A stretch of 64,000 nt of DNA from positions 62,001 through 126,000 of the forward strand of contig LVLI01000314.1 in NCBI GenBank assembly GCA_001687465.1. The letters are read 5' to 3'. The notes beneath the pieces were generated by a model. That model was given only the letters and a program-made list of their open reading frames with translations. It did no database searches and was not told the origin of the DNA. The stretch comes from Halocafeteria seosinensis (taxonomy: Eukaryota). A program made the position numbers and the translations under genes. How positions within the stretch are numbered: position 1 is the first letter of the stretch; every line of letters begins with the position of its first letter. Below, in pieces: positions 37,101 through 51,090 of the stretch.

Positions 37101-40100
37101 CTCAGCAGAGGAAATAACATTGCAGCTATAATGAACCCTCTAGGAGAGATATTTCCTGGAATTTCCCTGTTGAGACAGTGGAGATCTGGAGGCCAACAGC
37201 AGGTTTACAGCATTGCACACCAGCTTGGGAGAGAATCTGAAGAGCTGGAACTCCTGGAGCCGGTGAGAATACTTAAAAGTGTCTTCTGGACATATGTTTA
37301 CCACTCGTAACGTTGTTTCCCTTTTGTTTTGGACTCCAGGTGACGATAACGAATACCCCAGAGCACTGGATGGCGAATCTTGAGACGGCGATGCAAAGAC
37401 TTATGAAGAGCATCTTCCAGTCTGCCTCAGAGTCCGTGCTAGTACAGTCAGTAGGCGAGCTGGTACAAAAGTATCCCTCACAAGCATGTATCTTAGCTAT
37501 TTCGGTCCTTTGGACTGCTGAAACATCCAAAGCCATTGAAGCCTCGTACAAGTCTAAGAATAACTTCTCTCCGTTTGCCAAAACTCAGTTGAATATGTTA
37601 AATACGTTGTCTCAGTGGTGCACGGAAGTAGAAGCCCAACCAATGGTTCGCCAGAAAATAGAAGCGTTGATTATTACAGTGCTCCACCACCGCGATATGT
37701 TTCAGGAAGTGGTACGAGCACAAAGGGAAGGACAGTTGGATTCCACCAACGATTTTGAGTGGTTACGGCACATGAGAGCTTACTGGATTGCCCCTCCCTC
37801 AGAGGGAGAAGAGGGTGAAAAGAATACATTTGGCTTTGGGAAAGCGGCGCACTTCTGGGGTGGCTTCCGTGACAGTGCTGTCCTGACGGCTGCCCAGAAG
37901 TCCCAAGGCAGGTCGTTAGATTCCGTAGAGAAAGACTATTTGGGGGATGGAAGACTCGAGATAAGTGTTTGCGATATATCGCTAGTGTCGGCTTACGAGT
38001 ACCTGGGCGTAACACCTCGATTGGTCGTGACTCCTCTCACTGATAGGGCGTTTATTGCGATGCTCTATGCGTTACAATGGAACTATGGAGGCTCTCCGAC
38101 TGGCCCTGCAGGCACTGGTAAAACAGAGACCGTGAAGGATTTAGGAAGAGTGTTGTCAACACCAGTCAATGTGGTAAATTGTTCACCAGCAATGCTTCAT
38201 GAAGATCTATGTAGACTATTCAAGGGCGTTGCTGCTACGCGAGTCTGGCTTTGTCTTGACGAATTCAACAGGTATTTGTTTTAGTTTGTCGATTTCTGCG
38301 GGGGCAGTTCTCATGAACGCTATCGTTTGGTTTTGCAGACTGACGGCGGATACACTTTCTGGTGCCAGTGCGTTAATTGATACTATAGCCGTTGCTCGCA
38401 AGGGGCGCTCAGCGACAGCAGCCTTTCCGGAATGTACATTGATGTTTCCTCCGGAATCTGTATCAGGGTATTTCATCACGATGAACCCTGGCTATGCAGG
38501 TGAGTGCTAAAGAATATCTCTATTAAAGATACTACAGCAAAATGCGAGCAATGCGCTGCAGGAAGACAAAACTTACCTGACTCCGTAAAACGACATTTTC
38601 GCTCGTTTGCGATGATGAAACCGGATGAAGAAGTCATTCTTCGTATCAAACTATGCAGTCAAGGCTTTCAAATGTTCTCGCAGCTTTCAAAAAAATGCTG
38701 CAAGCTGTTTAGTTTGGCTTCCAGCCGTCTTTCGACTCGCAGGCACTATGACTTCGGGTTGCGCGGGTTACTAAGCATTTTACCCCTATCTCTGCGCTTT
38801 AAAGCGACGTCTACGTGCAACGAGCGTGTCGTGATTTGCCAGGCAGTCTTTTCAGTAAATCTTGCTCGCCTTGAGAAAGCAGATGCGGCGTTGTTCTTAG
38901 AGTTAGCCGAAGGAATTTTCGGAGAAGATGATGTCTCGACAGCTTTGCGGGAACTTTCTCACTCAAACGGTAGTACCACCCGCTGGGCTTGTGAAAAGCT
39001 GGGGATCTTAGAAGCAGAGCGATGTCAAGAAAATGTGCATCATCTCAGTAGCGTCGCCTCGTCCCGGCATGGAATTCTTGTTCTCGGGGATAAAAGGGTT
39101 GGCAAGTCTATGAACATTTATACACTGGCCATGAAGACAGCTGCGGAGCGTAACAGCTCCATCCGTGTATGGACTCTCAATCCAAAGGCAATCAGTGCCC
39201 TTGATATGTTTGGTTATCTTAACACACAGAGTAAGGAATGGATTTATGGGGTGTTCTCGGTGGCTTTGGAAAGATATACCGCTTCGGATTCTTTGCCGAC
39301 ATGGTTTCTCCTTGATGGACCCATAGACTCGGGATGGATCGAGAACTTGAACTCTCTTCTTGACGATAACCGCACACTTGTTTTGTCGAATGGTCAGAGA
39401 ATTGGAATTGGTACCGATACGAAGTTATTCTTCGAAGCGTACTCTGTCGCCAACGCGTCTCCGGCAACGGTTTCGAGAGTAGGAATTTTTTATCAGCAGC
39501 ACCAACCTTTTGAAGGTGACAAACTAGTGTCCTCCTGGTGCACTAGATGCTCGGTGAAGGCCGTTTCGGACGAACTGTATAATCTCTATAACTATTATAT
39601 CCGTGGCACGGACGAAAGTTCAACCTGCTCCGTCACGTTTCTCCAACACCGATTAATGTCTCAGAACGCGATTCGCAGAATACGTGAAGGAAAAGAGTCT
39701 CTCATTTCTGTACTGTTTCGTAGCATCCTAACTTCTCAATCAGCATTCAATGAACTGCGGTTCGTGGAACTTGTTCTACAATTGTTCACGAGCCAACTAG
39801 AAACCCACGGACTTGGTTGTGGCACTAGTGACAGTGTGATTGCACCGGTGACTGAAGGAGGGGAGAGCAAGACCGCCTCTGTCCTTTCCAACTCTTCTCA
39901 CAGACGATTCTTACCCAACAGTTTTGCGGCAACGGATAGACTCAACTGGGCGGACAACGGCAGCAAAGAACTCTTGCATCGACTATTTGTTCACAGTGTG
40001 GCAATGGTGATGCACTCGTTTTTGGATGAAAAGTATATGTCCTTATTTTGCGAGTGGATGCAGGCATTGGATGCACCATTGCCAGAGTCTGGAAATGTGA

Positions 40101-43100
40101 TTCACTCCTACCTTTCTGTAGACTATGCGTCAAGATCCCAGCCCGTAGGCAAATCATCTTCTCCTCGACCAGCAAAGAAGCCAGTGCTAGAGTGCCTGTC
40201 TTTCTCTTGGAAGACCTACGGTAGTCTTCTGCAGCAATGGTTCCGCGCTGTGGAAGACGGTATGTGCGCATCGGCACATGAACAGTGGGCACCCCACAGG
40301 GCGGACTTTCGAATGTTCCTCATGCCAACGGAGGAGGGGCTCCGAATATCATACCTGCGCGAGGCACTACACACACTACGGCTGCCGATGATAGTTCAGG
40401 GGCATCGAGGCGTGGGAAAGTCTGCATTGCTTCGGTCCTTAGCGAAGAGTCCTCCGTTGTTGCCCTACGCACATGACCTTGAGAGTATGTCAATTGGTCT
40501 TCCGCAAATGTTGCACTACGGTTTGACATCTGATAAACTGGATAAGGAAAAGTTGCATTCCTCAATGTCGAGCTACTTTCAGTTGGTTGACATAAATTCC
40601 GTTTCTCGGACGGGAACGCACATTGTTGTCGACCGAGGGTTATCAATTTCTGCGTTTAGGCAGCAATTGCATTCTGATTTAGTGCGGAAAGGAGGCCGCA
40701 CTTATGGCCCAGAGCAAAAGGGAGCAACTGTATTTATAGAAGATCTTTTCATGTCTGAAATTGATACCTGGGGCGATGCTCCGATTTTGGTAAGTTCAAA
40801 TGATGGCTGGTAGCCTAACTCTATACATTTTATACCCATTAATGCTGTCTCAGGAACTGACCAAACAACTACTTGAAACTGACGCGCTTCCCTTCGTGAA
40901 CTACGATAACAGGGGCGATACTATTTGTTATGATAAGTTGAACGTCCTGGCCAGTGGGAGAACAAATTCTTCCAACACCAGCTGTTTATTTCCAGTGAAG
41001 ATGCAGCAACCAACTAGTTCTGATATCAACCAAATTTTTTGCGGCTGTTTCTTAGTTTTTGACCTTGCAAAGGACCATGCCAAATTGTTAGGTGAGCAGC
41101 TTACGACGAACTGTATCGTCCCTCTCTGCTCTGTACGTACAGAAGCAGACGTTCCACTGCTTTCTCTGCACAAGATGGTGGTTTCAGTGTTACAACTGGT
41201 TTACAATATGAACGAGGAAGAAAAGAAGTCTCCTGCCTTAATCCTCCAACGGTTCTTTGATGAGATCCTTCACCAGTCGAAAGATCAATCCGTGACTTCC
41301 ACCCTGATGAAAGGCATGCGAGATACTGTTGACTCATTTGCTGGCGCAGTTGGACCAAAAGAATCTGACTTGGCTAAGAACGCGTTTGGCTCCTTAACCC
41401 GCCAACTAGACTATTGTTACTACCACATGACATCCGGAAGGGGAACGGAGCACTCCGGAAAAGGATACTCTTCTACAGATCTTAGGTGGAACACATTGTT
41501 TTCCAACGCTATACACGTCAATGAACCGCCGCGGCATATTGGGCTCTGGTTGAAGGAAAACGGCTACTCTGATAGTGTCAGTGAATTCATGGACCGATAC
41601 TGGCGAGGAGTCTTGAAGGACGCGACAGAATCTACTGGAGAGCACACGTATCAACAAATATTTATGGTACCATATTTTATGGTCAGGATACAGGAACTAT
41701 TTCGATCGCTCCAATCTCAGGGGACTGTTTCGATTCTATGCGGATCACCAAATAGTGGAAAGTCAACGGCTCTTTCCGTTGCATGTTCCGCACTAGGTTC
41801 ATCCCTGAAGACAATCGATAGTATTACTAGCCACAGTCAGTTTCTTGATGAACTACGTGATGCGATATCGCTGAGTGGTGGTATCTCAAATAGGAAAGCT
41901 GTATTTGCGATGTACATCAGGAGCCGCTCACAGAAAGAGATTTTAAATAGCCTTGATACATTGATTCGAGGAAGCAATCTTCGCTTTTTGTTCAATCGGG
42001 ATGAGATATTAGCACTACTCAATGACCTTTCTGATCTCGGCGGAGTAGATGCGGATTCAGAGGATGAAATCAACCAATTGCTAGATGAAATGATCCGGAG
42101 AGTCCGCCAAAACTTTACGCTGGTACTTCTACCGTCGTCTAATGTTACAGAATATTCCTTAGAGCATTTACAGAACGATTTTCCATCGCTATGTGGGGAA
42201 TCACTGATATTCTTCTTCCGTCAGTGGCCGGAACAATCGTTGTCTGAGATCGCGTACAGGTCCTTGGATCAAAGCAACATAACGCAGGAACGCAAGATTA
42301 AGGCAAAGGAAGAAAATGAGAATCTGCTGCTAGAATTAAGTAGAAGCTTTTGCTCAGCTCATCAGATTGCGAACGACGTTGCCGGAGGTAATGTTTCGGA
42401 AGGAGAATTGTTTCAAGGGAACTCCTACACCAGTTTTTTGACCACATTTCAGAAGTTGGTAAAGCGGAAAAGCGTTCAAGCTCAAAATAGAGCCAATGAA
42501 CTTGCGAGTGGGGTGGAAAAGATTAACAATGCCACAGATGACACCGAGCAGTTGCGCACCGAGGTCAAGGAACAGCAAAAGCTGGTAGAAAGAAAAGACC
42601 TCGATTGCAAGGTGCTCGTCGATGAACTGAACGAAAAAACGCAGGAGGCACATAAAGAGAAGAAACGAGTGGAGGAGATGCGGAGGTCGTGCGAAGAGCA
42701 ACGCGCTAACATCGACGAAGAACGAAAATTGGCTGAAGCAGATTTAAAAGAGGCCCAACCTTATTTTGAACAGGCTCTAAAGGCGGTAGAAAACATTCAC
42801 TCAAATGACATTGTTGAGTTAAAGGCAATGTCGAGCCCTCAACCCATAGTGAAACTTGTGCTTGACTGCGTCCTCATTCTTCTCACCAAACCTCTAAATG
42901 CAGTAGAGCCCTCTCCGCTGAAAATGGGCTCCAGGAAAAGCAGAATTCATGTAGACTTCTTGAAGGATTCGTATGGCCATGCTTGGAAGTCGCTTCTGTT
43001 AGATGTCAACCTTATTTCGTCATTGAAGTCTTTCGCTCGGAACTATAAGGATAGTATCACAGATGAAACCGTTGAACTTGTAGAACCGTACCTAGGCCTC

Positions 43101-46100
43101 CCTGGTATGACCGATGACCAAGCTACCTACTCTTCGAAAGCTGTTGCTGGTCTACTCAACTGGGTGAAAGCTCTCGTTCAGTACCACAGAGCTAGTAAAG
43201 TAGTGAAACCGAAATTGAGAGCACTGGAAGCTGCGGAAGCGCGTCTTCAGGATGCTGAAACTTCCCTCCGTAAGGCACAGCAACAAGAAGACGAGTGTAA
43301 CAGTAAGCTTGAACAATTGCAGGCTAGTTATCAGAACAAGATCCAAGAACAACGCGAATTAGTTGACCGTGCTAGTGCACTTCGAACAAGACTGAATCAC
43401 GCTACTACTCTTATAGAACAATTGTCAGGGGAGAAACAGAGGTGGGAAAGACAACTTTCAGAGAAATACGGAGAAATTAATGCAACATTTGGAGATTGCT
43501 TCATTGCATCTGCTCTACTATCATACTCCGGTCGAATGGATTTTTCCCAACAGAGGGACTTGGTTTACAAGGCAATTAGACTGCTCGAAAAGCATTCAAT
43601 CGGTACTTCCTTTGGTCTGTATATGCCTCCGGGGAAAAAGGGCATTTCCGAAGCTGACAAATTGTCTGCTGGAATTTTTTCGTTCGTAGAAAGCTTCATT
43701 TGCTCGGAAGAGACGAGCATTGGTAATTTACAAATCGATGGAGTTAGAGAGAATAGGAAGTTCCTCCAGAACGCAGCCCTAACTGCTTCTAGTCTGGAGT
43801 ATCGGTGCGAATCTTTACTGCTGGTAGACCCGCAATCAACGTGCCACACGTGGCTGAGGTGCTTAGGCAAGCGAGTTCAACCGAACGGACGAATTCTAGA
43901 GGCCGAAGGTGGTTCGCGAAACTTCGTTGACTCGTTCGAGCGAGGTCTGGAGAGCGACTCCCTCATACTTGTGCGGAATCCCACCTTAGACAATTTCCGA
44001 ACAATCCGGCCGTTTCTCAAGGGAAAGCTTTTCACCAGAGGGACAACGAACTTCGTTAAACTGAGAGGGAATGCTCACGAAAGTGAAGTATCGATGAACG
44101 CGGCTGCTATCGTTGTGTTTAATGCCTTCCTTGATGAGATACCCCAAGATGCGAGAAATACCTGCAACTGTGTACAGTTCACAATGGACACGGAAGCTTT
44201 GGAGGAGCAAATCCTGAGTATCGTATCTCACCATGAGCAACGGGCGCTGGAAGAGCAATTGCGCCAGAAAACAGAGGAAGTTCTCTCAAGTGAAAGGCAG
44301 CTCCACGAACTGGAACAGCAGCTGCTGCAGCAACTGACTGCTCAGGAGGGAAACATGCTCGAGGATAACACACTAATGCGGGTGCTTTCCGACGTAAAAC
44401 GGAACGTCGAAACTACTCAAGAAAACCTGGAGTCAGCTTCTCATACGCAAAGCCAGATCCGCGCAAAACGAGAAGTTTACCGAGTAGTTGCTTGCCATTC
44501 AAAGGCATTGTATGTTAGCATTGAAGGGGCTACCTCGCTTTCTTCATACTATGTTTTAAGCATCAACAGATTTCTTGAAGTGTTCCAAATAGCTCTAGAG
44601 AGCGCCCCGTCGTCTCCCTTCACTCCGCGACGTTTGACAAATATTATCGAAGCAGTGACTAGACGAGTATGCACTAGTTTTTCGGGACAGCTATTCTCGG
44701 AGCATCGGAAGCCATTCTATGTGTTTGTAGCATTATCACTTCTACGGGAGCAAGAAGCCATCGGGGCAAGCGAACTTCGTTGGCTGAATACTTCTCTGAA
44801 CCCCGATAAGCACGTTACGTCCAACGAGTTTAAGTGGTTACCGGAAGAGACACTGTCGAATATTCGGAGAATTAGTTCGGAGATATCTGCATTCAAGGAT
44901 CTTTATGAGAGCATTGTAGCTCAAGAAAAGCATTGGAAGCAGTGGTATAGATCACCTGATCCTGAGGCTCACGACATCGAAGACATGAGCAGAATGCTTA
45001 GTCGCTCTGGTAGCGCTGAACCTGTACACCGGCTCCTGCTGACCAAACTTTTCTTTCCAGATCGACTCTCGGGGGCAATAGACAGGTTCCTTAAGGATGT
45101 AGGATCGACATCACTGAGACAGAATCTACAGACGTTTGCTTCGGTGGATAGGATCCCCGTTGTCGGTAAAGCTGCGGAAACGTGGGACTGCAACGTATTA
45201 GAAGGACTCGCCAACGCTTTGGACGAAACTCCTAACAGGGATCCTATCCTGGTGGTCCATCACTCAGGGACGGATGTCTCGGCGTATATCGACAAGTGTG
45301 CCAAAATGCACGAAAGCCCATCGCCCACCATCGTCAGCATCGGCTCAGCATCCAACGAGCATATTCTCAACATAGTAGCCCGCCATTCTGCAACGGGTGG
45401 CTGGGTCTTGGTCGAAAATTTGCATATCTTGCCTGAGCTGCTTCACCGCATTAGAGGGGTTTTGCGGGAAAGGGCCTCAGGAGAGGTGAGCCCCAACTTT
45501 CGTGTGTTCCTTGGCTCACTTCCGGTCGGTCTGCAAGACACGGCGATTCTCCGAGAATGTCGAATCGTGACTGCAACGGACAGAACTGGCATAAAAAACA
45601 GAATGTTCTACTTATTGAGAGAACTAGGGAGTGAAGCTGTGGATAGAATAAATGCTCCATATTGGGTTCCATTGCTTTACAGCCTATGCTACCTCCATGC
45701 GAACTCCCTGGAACGGGCAAATTGGGGTGGATGGTCGGCTTCATTAGATTTTCATACCCAAGACCTTCATTGTGCCGTCCAGGTAGCAGAAACATTCAGC
45801 AACGGCATCAATTTTGATTGGAAGGCAATGCGTTACATGCTTGGTGAAATCATCTATGGAGGTAAGTTGCTTTTCTAATGCATGTTACTACGATACTGCG
45901 CCGTTTCATATTCTTGTTTCTCATTACAGGTAAACTGACGGACAGCTTCGATGTCCGCACGATGCGGGCAATGATCGACAAGTGGTTTCCAATATCTAAT
46001 GCCGGATATTGCTTTACACTTACCTCTGATGTTACATCTCGCACATGGTATACCTCGCCAGTAGAAGGCATCTACTACTCACTGCAAGATATTCTGAACC

Positions 46101-47137
46101 ACACCGAGAAAATACCTGCGTCCGATGCGCCTTCAGCGTTTGGTTTTGCAGAAGGAGCCCTAGTGGACGTGAGATACCGCAATTCTCTTACGATTCTAGC
46201 ACATTTACGCCGTATTATTTCGCCTCACAAGAGTGAACCTATTGACATGGAAGGTGATCTCCGACACAACTTAGTTAGCTTAGTAGAACAGATTCTGGGT
46301 AAACTACCGGCGCAGACAAGTTGGGGTTTCGTTGAGGATAACATTAGCCGACAGGGAGGCGATAACCGCCCCCTTAACACGTTCTTGAAATATGAAATTC
46401 ATGCCCTGAATTCTCTTCTCTCCGTGGTTAGTTCCCACTTGCAACAGCTGCGCAGTCTCATTCAAATGGCAGAAATCGAAGTGTTGCGACAAAACGCAAC
46501 TATTAGAGAACTTCAGCAAAACATGGTTCCTCACTGCTGGATTTGGGATGATAACGGAAATTGTATGTCGTGGACTATTCCTTCCGATATTTCGGGTTGG
46601 ATGAGGGTATTGACCCTGCGGCATCAGCACTTGCTAAATTGGATCACCCGTGGAAGACCCAAGTCGTACTGGCTTCCGGGATTCTTTGACAAGAGATCAT
46701 TCCTAATTGCTGTCCAACAGGAAACACTGCGGGAATGGAATATACCCTGCATTTCGTTGAACGACATAGCATGCGAAGTGAAGCCACGTAGTGCCAGGAC
46801 TTACGAAGAGATTCAGCGGAGACCAAACTCTGGAGAAGGCGTGCTAATACATGGACTCTACCTCAAGGGTGCCCGGTGGAACCACACACTTAATACTCTT
46901 GAAGAACCGGGTGCTAATCCTGTATCCCGAATGCCGGTTGTCCAATACTCGATTGTGCAAACTAGCAAGAATACCAAGCAACAGTCGCTCTACGCATGTC
47001 CATTATATGAATACGAAGAAAAAGGGGATGATAACCTAATTGATACATTCTTTCTTCCTACCAAACGGGAGGACGCAAGCTCATGGGTACTTTCCGGGAC
47101 AGCTTTGTTTTGCTCTGTCGGAGAATTGGGAAGTTAA
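31102..47137 (+). CDS. Axonemal dynein heavy chain, outer-arm gamma/DNAH5-8-like, strongly divergent
   Basis: Tail motifs GPDSELDFWRRR, AKENVKYM and PRDAPPVTGRILWARQLF. Linker LERKREQFPRFY. AAA1 YEYLG..RLVVTPLTDR, GPAGTGKTETVKDLG, DEFNR, FITMNPGYAGR. AAA2 DGPIDSGWIENLNSLLDDNRTL. Also stalk coiled coils, AAA5/6 and a C-terminal domain. About 11 introns (e.g. 33301-33361, 38272-38338, 40789-40853, 45862-45929). Confidence 0.92.
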
Positions 47138-47192
47138 GACACAAACGTGTTACAAAGATAGGACTAAACCTATACACGACTTCGAACTAAAA

Positions 47193-49847
47193 TTAGTCAT
47201 CTGCAGTTTTGATTCTGCTAACTTCCACCGTCCTTTGAGCTGGGCGATAGACTGTAAATCGCCATTCAAGAGGGAACGAGGAGGGGTTAAACGCACACAC
47301 GTCGTTGTAGTGATGAAGGTAGTGGGGGTTATCCTCGCCCAGAATCAGCTGCATACTTAGTTAACATACAGGTACAAGTTACCGTAACAATTGGACCAAT
47401 TACACAAGTAAACGTACTGTATCTGGGCTGGGATACAAGCGAAGTGAGTAATCAAAATCCCAATATACAGGTTGGAGCGTAAGCGGCAAAGGACATAGGT
47501 GAGATTGGTCTACTAAAGTCCGTACCATCTGTATACACCTCTTTTTGCATTAGAACGAATGGCACAATCTTCCAATTATACGTACACTAAATGAGTCTGA
47601 ACGCTCCCCGTTTTCTTCCACAGGACGAGACTTGATGCAGTTCTTCAGCAATCTCGTAGTAGTGTCGTCTCGGTACACTACGACATCTTGGGCAAAAAAC
47701 CGGATTCTGCACCGGAACGTGAATTGGTCTCTCGGTCACAGTTTACCAGATATGAAATAGCATAGTACCTTGCAGGATTAGTAGCCAAAGTAACATTCTT
47801 TACTTTGTGTTTCAGTCGCTTGCAAAAGGTATGAGGAAGCTGAAGTCCATAAACGCACACAATAAAATACGCGACAGAAGATCGACTGCTGTCCTCTTGA
47901 GTACTTACGCTTCTACGCGGAAGCACTCTCCCGCAACCAGGATCGTTCGGTCCGGGTACCAGTATAAAGTGGGAGGTGCTAGCGATTTCCTGATAGTCTC
48001 CGATAAGGTCTGCAAACTCATTCATGCGTCTGACAAAAGTGGTGGCGTCGTCAAAATGGGCGCCAAATGGCATCGAAGAAAAGTTTCCCATTAGAACGAA
48101 AACACTGGGAATTACTCGGAGTTCTGAGTATACGTCCAGCATATGCTTCAGTTTTCCCAATACCTCGGGATTGTCGAGGTGTAAGTCGCTTATTATCACC
48201 CAGTAGGCATCCTCTGCGCGGGTTTGCAAATCTATTGCTCGTTTGTAGTCTCCAGGGGTCTGAATGATGCAATAAGGGTCAACGATACCCATTGCTTTTA
48301 GAGTGTCTGAACGCATTTCAGGAGGCGGGTGCCCCATGGTGTGAATGCGAAAAACTCCCGGTATCCCTCCAGTCTCCTCAACAACAGCTCCTCCATCGGA
48401 CCCATCAATGTCATATTCCCCTTCCACGAGCACGATGCTTCCATCCGTAAAAATGCCTTCAGCTAAACCCAATTCAGAATCATCAATAAAAACACACGAA
48501 ACACGCTTGTCCATATCTTCCAGCGCATATTTTCCAGTTTCAGGACTTGTCAACATCGCCAGAATAAAGCAAGTTTGCCCCGTTTTGTTTCGGAGGTTGT
48601 CGATCGGTGTCAACTGAATATATCCTTGTGACTTATTAGTCTTGATTAATGGTGCAGCAAACGCAGGCTGCCGCAATAAGCGCTGCTTGATAAGCTCGAA
48701 GCGTTCTCTATTCATAGAGACTTTCCCGGAAGCATTGCCGTGCAACGAGCACTTGGTGTGATCTCTGCGAGTTACACAGCGCAAACAGTCTGTATTTCTT
48801 TCTCCGTATGGCCATACATTTCACTAATGCAGCTAACCTGGAAAATTTCTTTTGCACGGAATGATATTCAAACTTTGGCACCTTGAAGGCGCTAAACACC
48901 TGCGACAACGTTCCCTTTGCAAAACATGTAATTTGAGATCCCGACACCTATAAATTACTCACTTGCAAACTCTCCGCTTTAAAGTCGTCCTTGTTTTTTG
49001 AAAGTTGTGCAACTACTTCAGAGATACAATTAGACGTTACGACGGTATCGGAACCTGTACAGCAAACAACCGTGCTACCATGCAAACCAAACACAAGAGA
49101 CATCCTCAAAGACCTACCACTTTCTTGCTCGATCTGGTGCTGTACGCCAGCCAAGATCATCTCCAAAGCCTGTTTAGGTTTCCGTTCCCTGTGCAAAAAC
49201 GTAGGCAGTGAACACAAAGAAGAAAAAACTGCGGCTTGTCTCTAAAATTACCTGTGCAGAACGTTGACGATATTTTCTAGGGCCTGCTTGCGCAAGGTTA
49301 ATCCTTGCAATTTAAATGCCTGCAATATTTCCCTCGATGGAATTGCCTGGCTTTTTTGGGGAGCTATCTCCTCATCATCCTGATGTGGTATGGACGTTTC
49401 GAAATGGAATCGCTTCGGCTTCTTACTTTCAAAGTGTTGTGGTTGCTGGTTGTCTCGTCTGTGGCTGGAGACCTGTGGCGACGAACCTTCATGGACTGTC
49501 TGTTGACTCTGAGAGCTCTGCTGCTTCCCAGAAGATCGTTCATAGTTGCCTGGTTGCGTTGGCATCATACGATGATCCACATCTTCAATATCATCCTCTT
49601 CATCTTCCCCTCCCAAGGCGTCATCCAACCCCTGAATCAGCTCGCTCGTTTGAGCGTTCCCGTACGTGTATGAGGTAGTTTGGTTCTCAATGTCCATGTT
49701 CTCCTTCTGGTAGCCGTAGGAACCACCGTAATCGCCTTCTTCGTCCATCTCCAGGTCTTCCTCCTCCTCCTCCTCCTGGCCAGCTTCCTCCACTTCATCA
49801 TCTATCCAATTTTTCAGTTGAGACATGGCTACACCGTTTCTCTCCAT
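47193..49847 (-). CDS. POLE2: DNA polymerase epsilon subunit B (Dpb2) with an acidic N-terminal extension
   Basis: [12 protein letters not shown] (N-domain), [89 protein letters not shown], final exon [24 protein letters not shown] at 47193. Many short introns. Confidence 0.93.
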
Positions 49848-50248
49848 AGTTGTCTTATGATTATTTTACCCCTCCCAGCGCACGCGTGGAAACACCGAAA
49901 CATGACAATATGCACCGAATAAGGCCATATGAATGCATGTTTGAAATGGAATTTGAAATGAATTTGAATTTACAGGTTGAAGTTTCAGCTCCATCCAATG
50001 TTCATGATTCATGCCACCATACGATGATATGGCCGAAAAGCTTGTGTTCGGAATGGATTGTTATAGCTTCCATGTAAGAATGGAGCGCCGTATTTCGGTT
50101 TGTGGGCATTTGTTTGTACAACTATGAGTACGTCGAAGGGACGCGCGCCGTGTGCATCTGTCTCTTAAACAGCAACAGCCTACAACACAACTAAATAGCC
50201 AAGTGTCCTGTCAAAGCTCATGAACCGTATCCGTATGGCACTATTCAA

Positions 50249-50661
50249 CTAGTACTCTTGAAACATTTGATCCACCTTATCCACTGCTGCGGCGATTCCC
50301 TCTTGGAGTTCTTTCAAGCGTTCTCTTTCTTTTCGTTGGTATTCCTGCCAGGGTGCAGGTTGGGAGCGATGGGTACATCAGATTGACGCATTTTGAGCAC
50401 AGTGTGCAGACGTACCTCGGCTCCATTTTTCGATTCGGAATAGCGCTTCATCAGGTCCTGGTATTCGTTATCCAATTCCTTGAATTCCTTGAAGCCATTC
50501 GTCAAAGTTGCGTTCACCATGTGGACTTCATTCTCGAAAGGGTGACCTGGGAGCTTCACGAAGAGCTCTTCCTATTCTCGCGTATATGATGGTCAAATAA
50601 ATCACGTACTGATTTCCTGGTGCATATCCTGGGCTTCGTTCGATTCTTGTTCCTGAGACAT
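50249..50661 (-). CDS. Small (~92 aa) acidic coiled-coil protein, three exons
   Basis: MSQEQESNEAQDMHQEI-SHPFENEVHMVNATLTNGFKEFKELDNEYQDLMKRYSESKNGAE-EYQRKERERLKELQEGIAAAVDKVDQMFQEY*. Two phase-compatible gtacgt..cag introns. Confidence 0.6.
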
Positions 50662-51090
50662 GTTTGAATTCCTGTGGCCACTTCTGAATAACATACAAAA
50701 GTTAGTACCCCCCAAGCGTGTACCATCCAACAACGAAAAGAAGTAGAGTTCATTTTTTCGTGGTCTATTCTGGAGCAAATCAGTGGAAGCCTTACCAAGA
50801 CCACTGTAAACATCAAAAAGAAGAATTCCCCAAATTCCTTTTCTTGCTGATCGATCAACGAGCAATGCTGGATAGTGCGTATTCCTTAGAATACCCTCTT
50901 TGTAAGAAGCAATATCTTCTATTCTTGAAAAAACAACAACGATATATCTTTCTAATAGTATGAAGTATCCTGTGTGATACTGTTTCGCTAAAGAGAATTT
51001 GGACAAACGGAATTCTTCCCACACTATCACATACGAAGATATCCTTAGATAAAACACGACGATATTATTCATGATGATTCCATTAGAGGT

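Noticed and set aside
47193..47290. Possible frameshift at the POLE2 C-terminus
   Set aside because: Careful re-translation gives a continuous frame ([32 protein letters not shown]).
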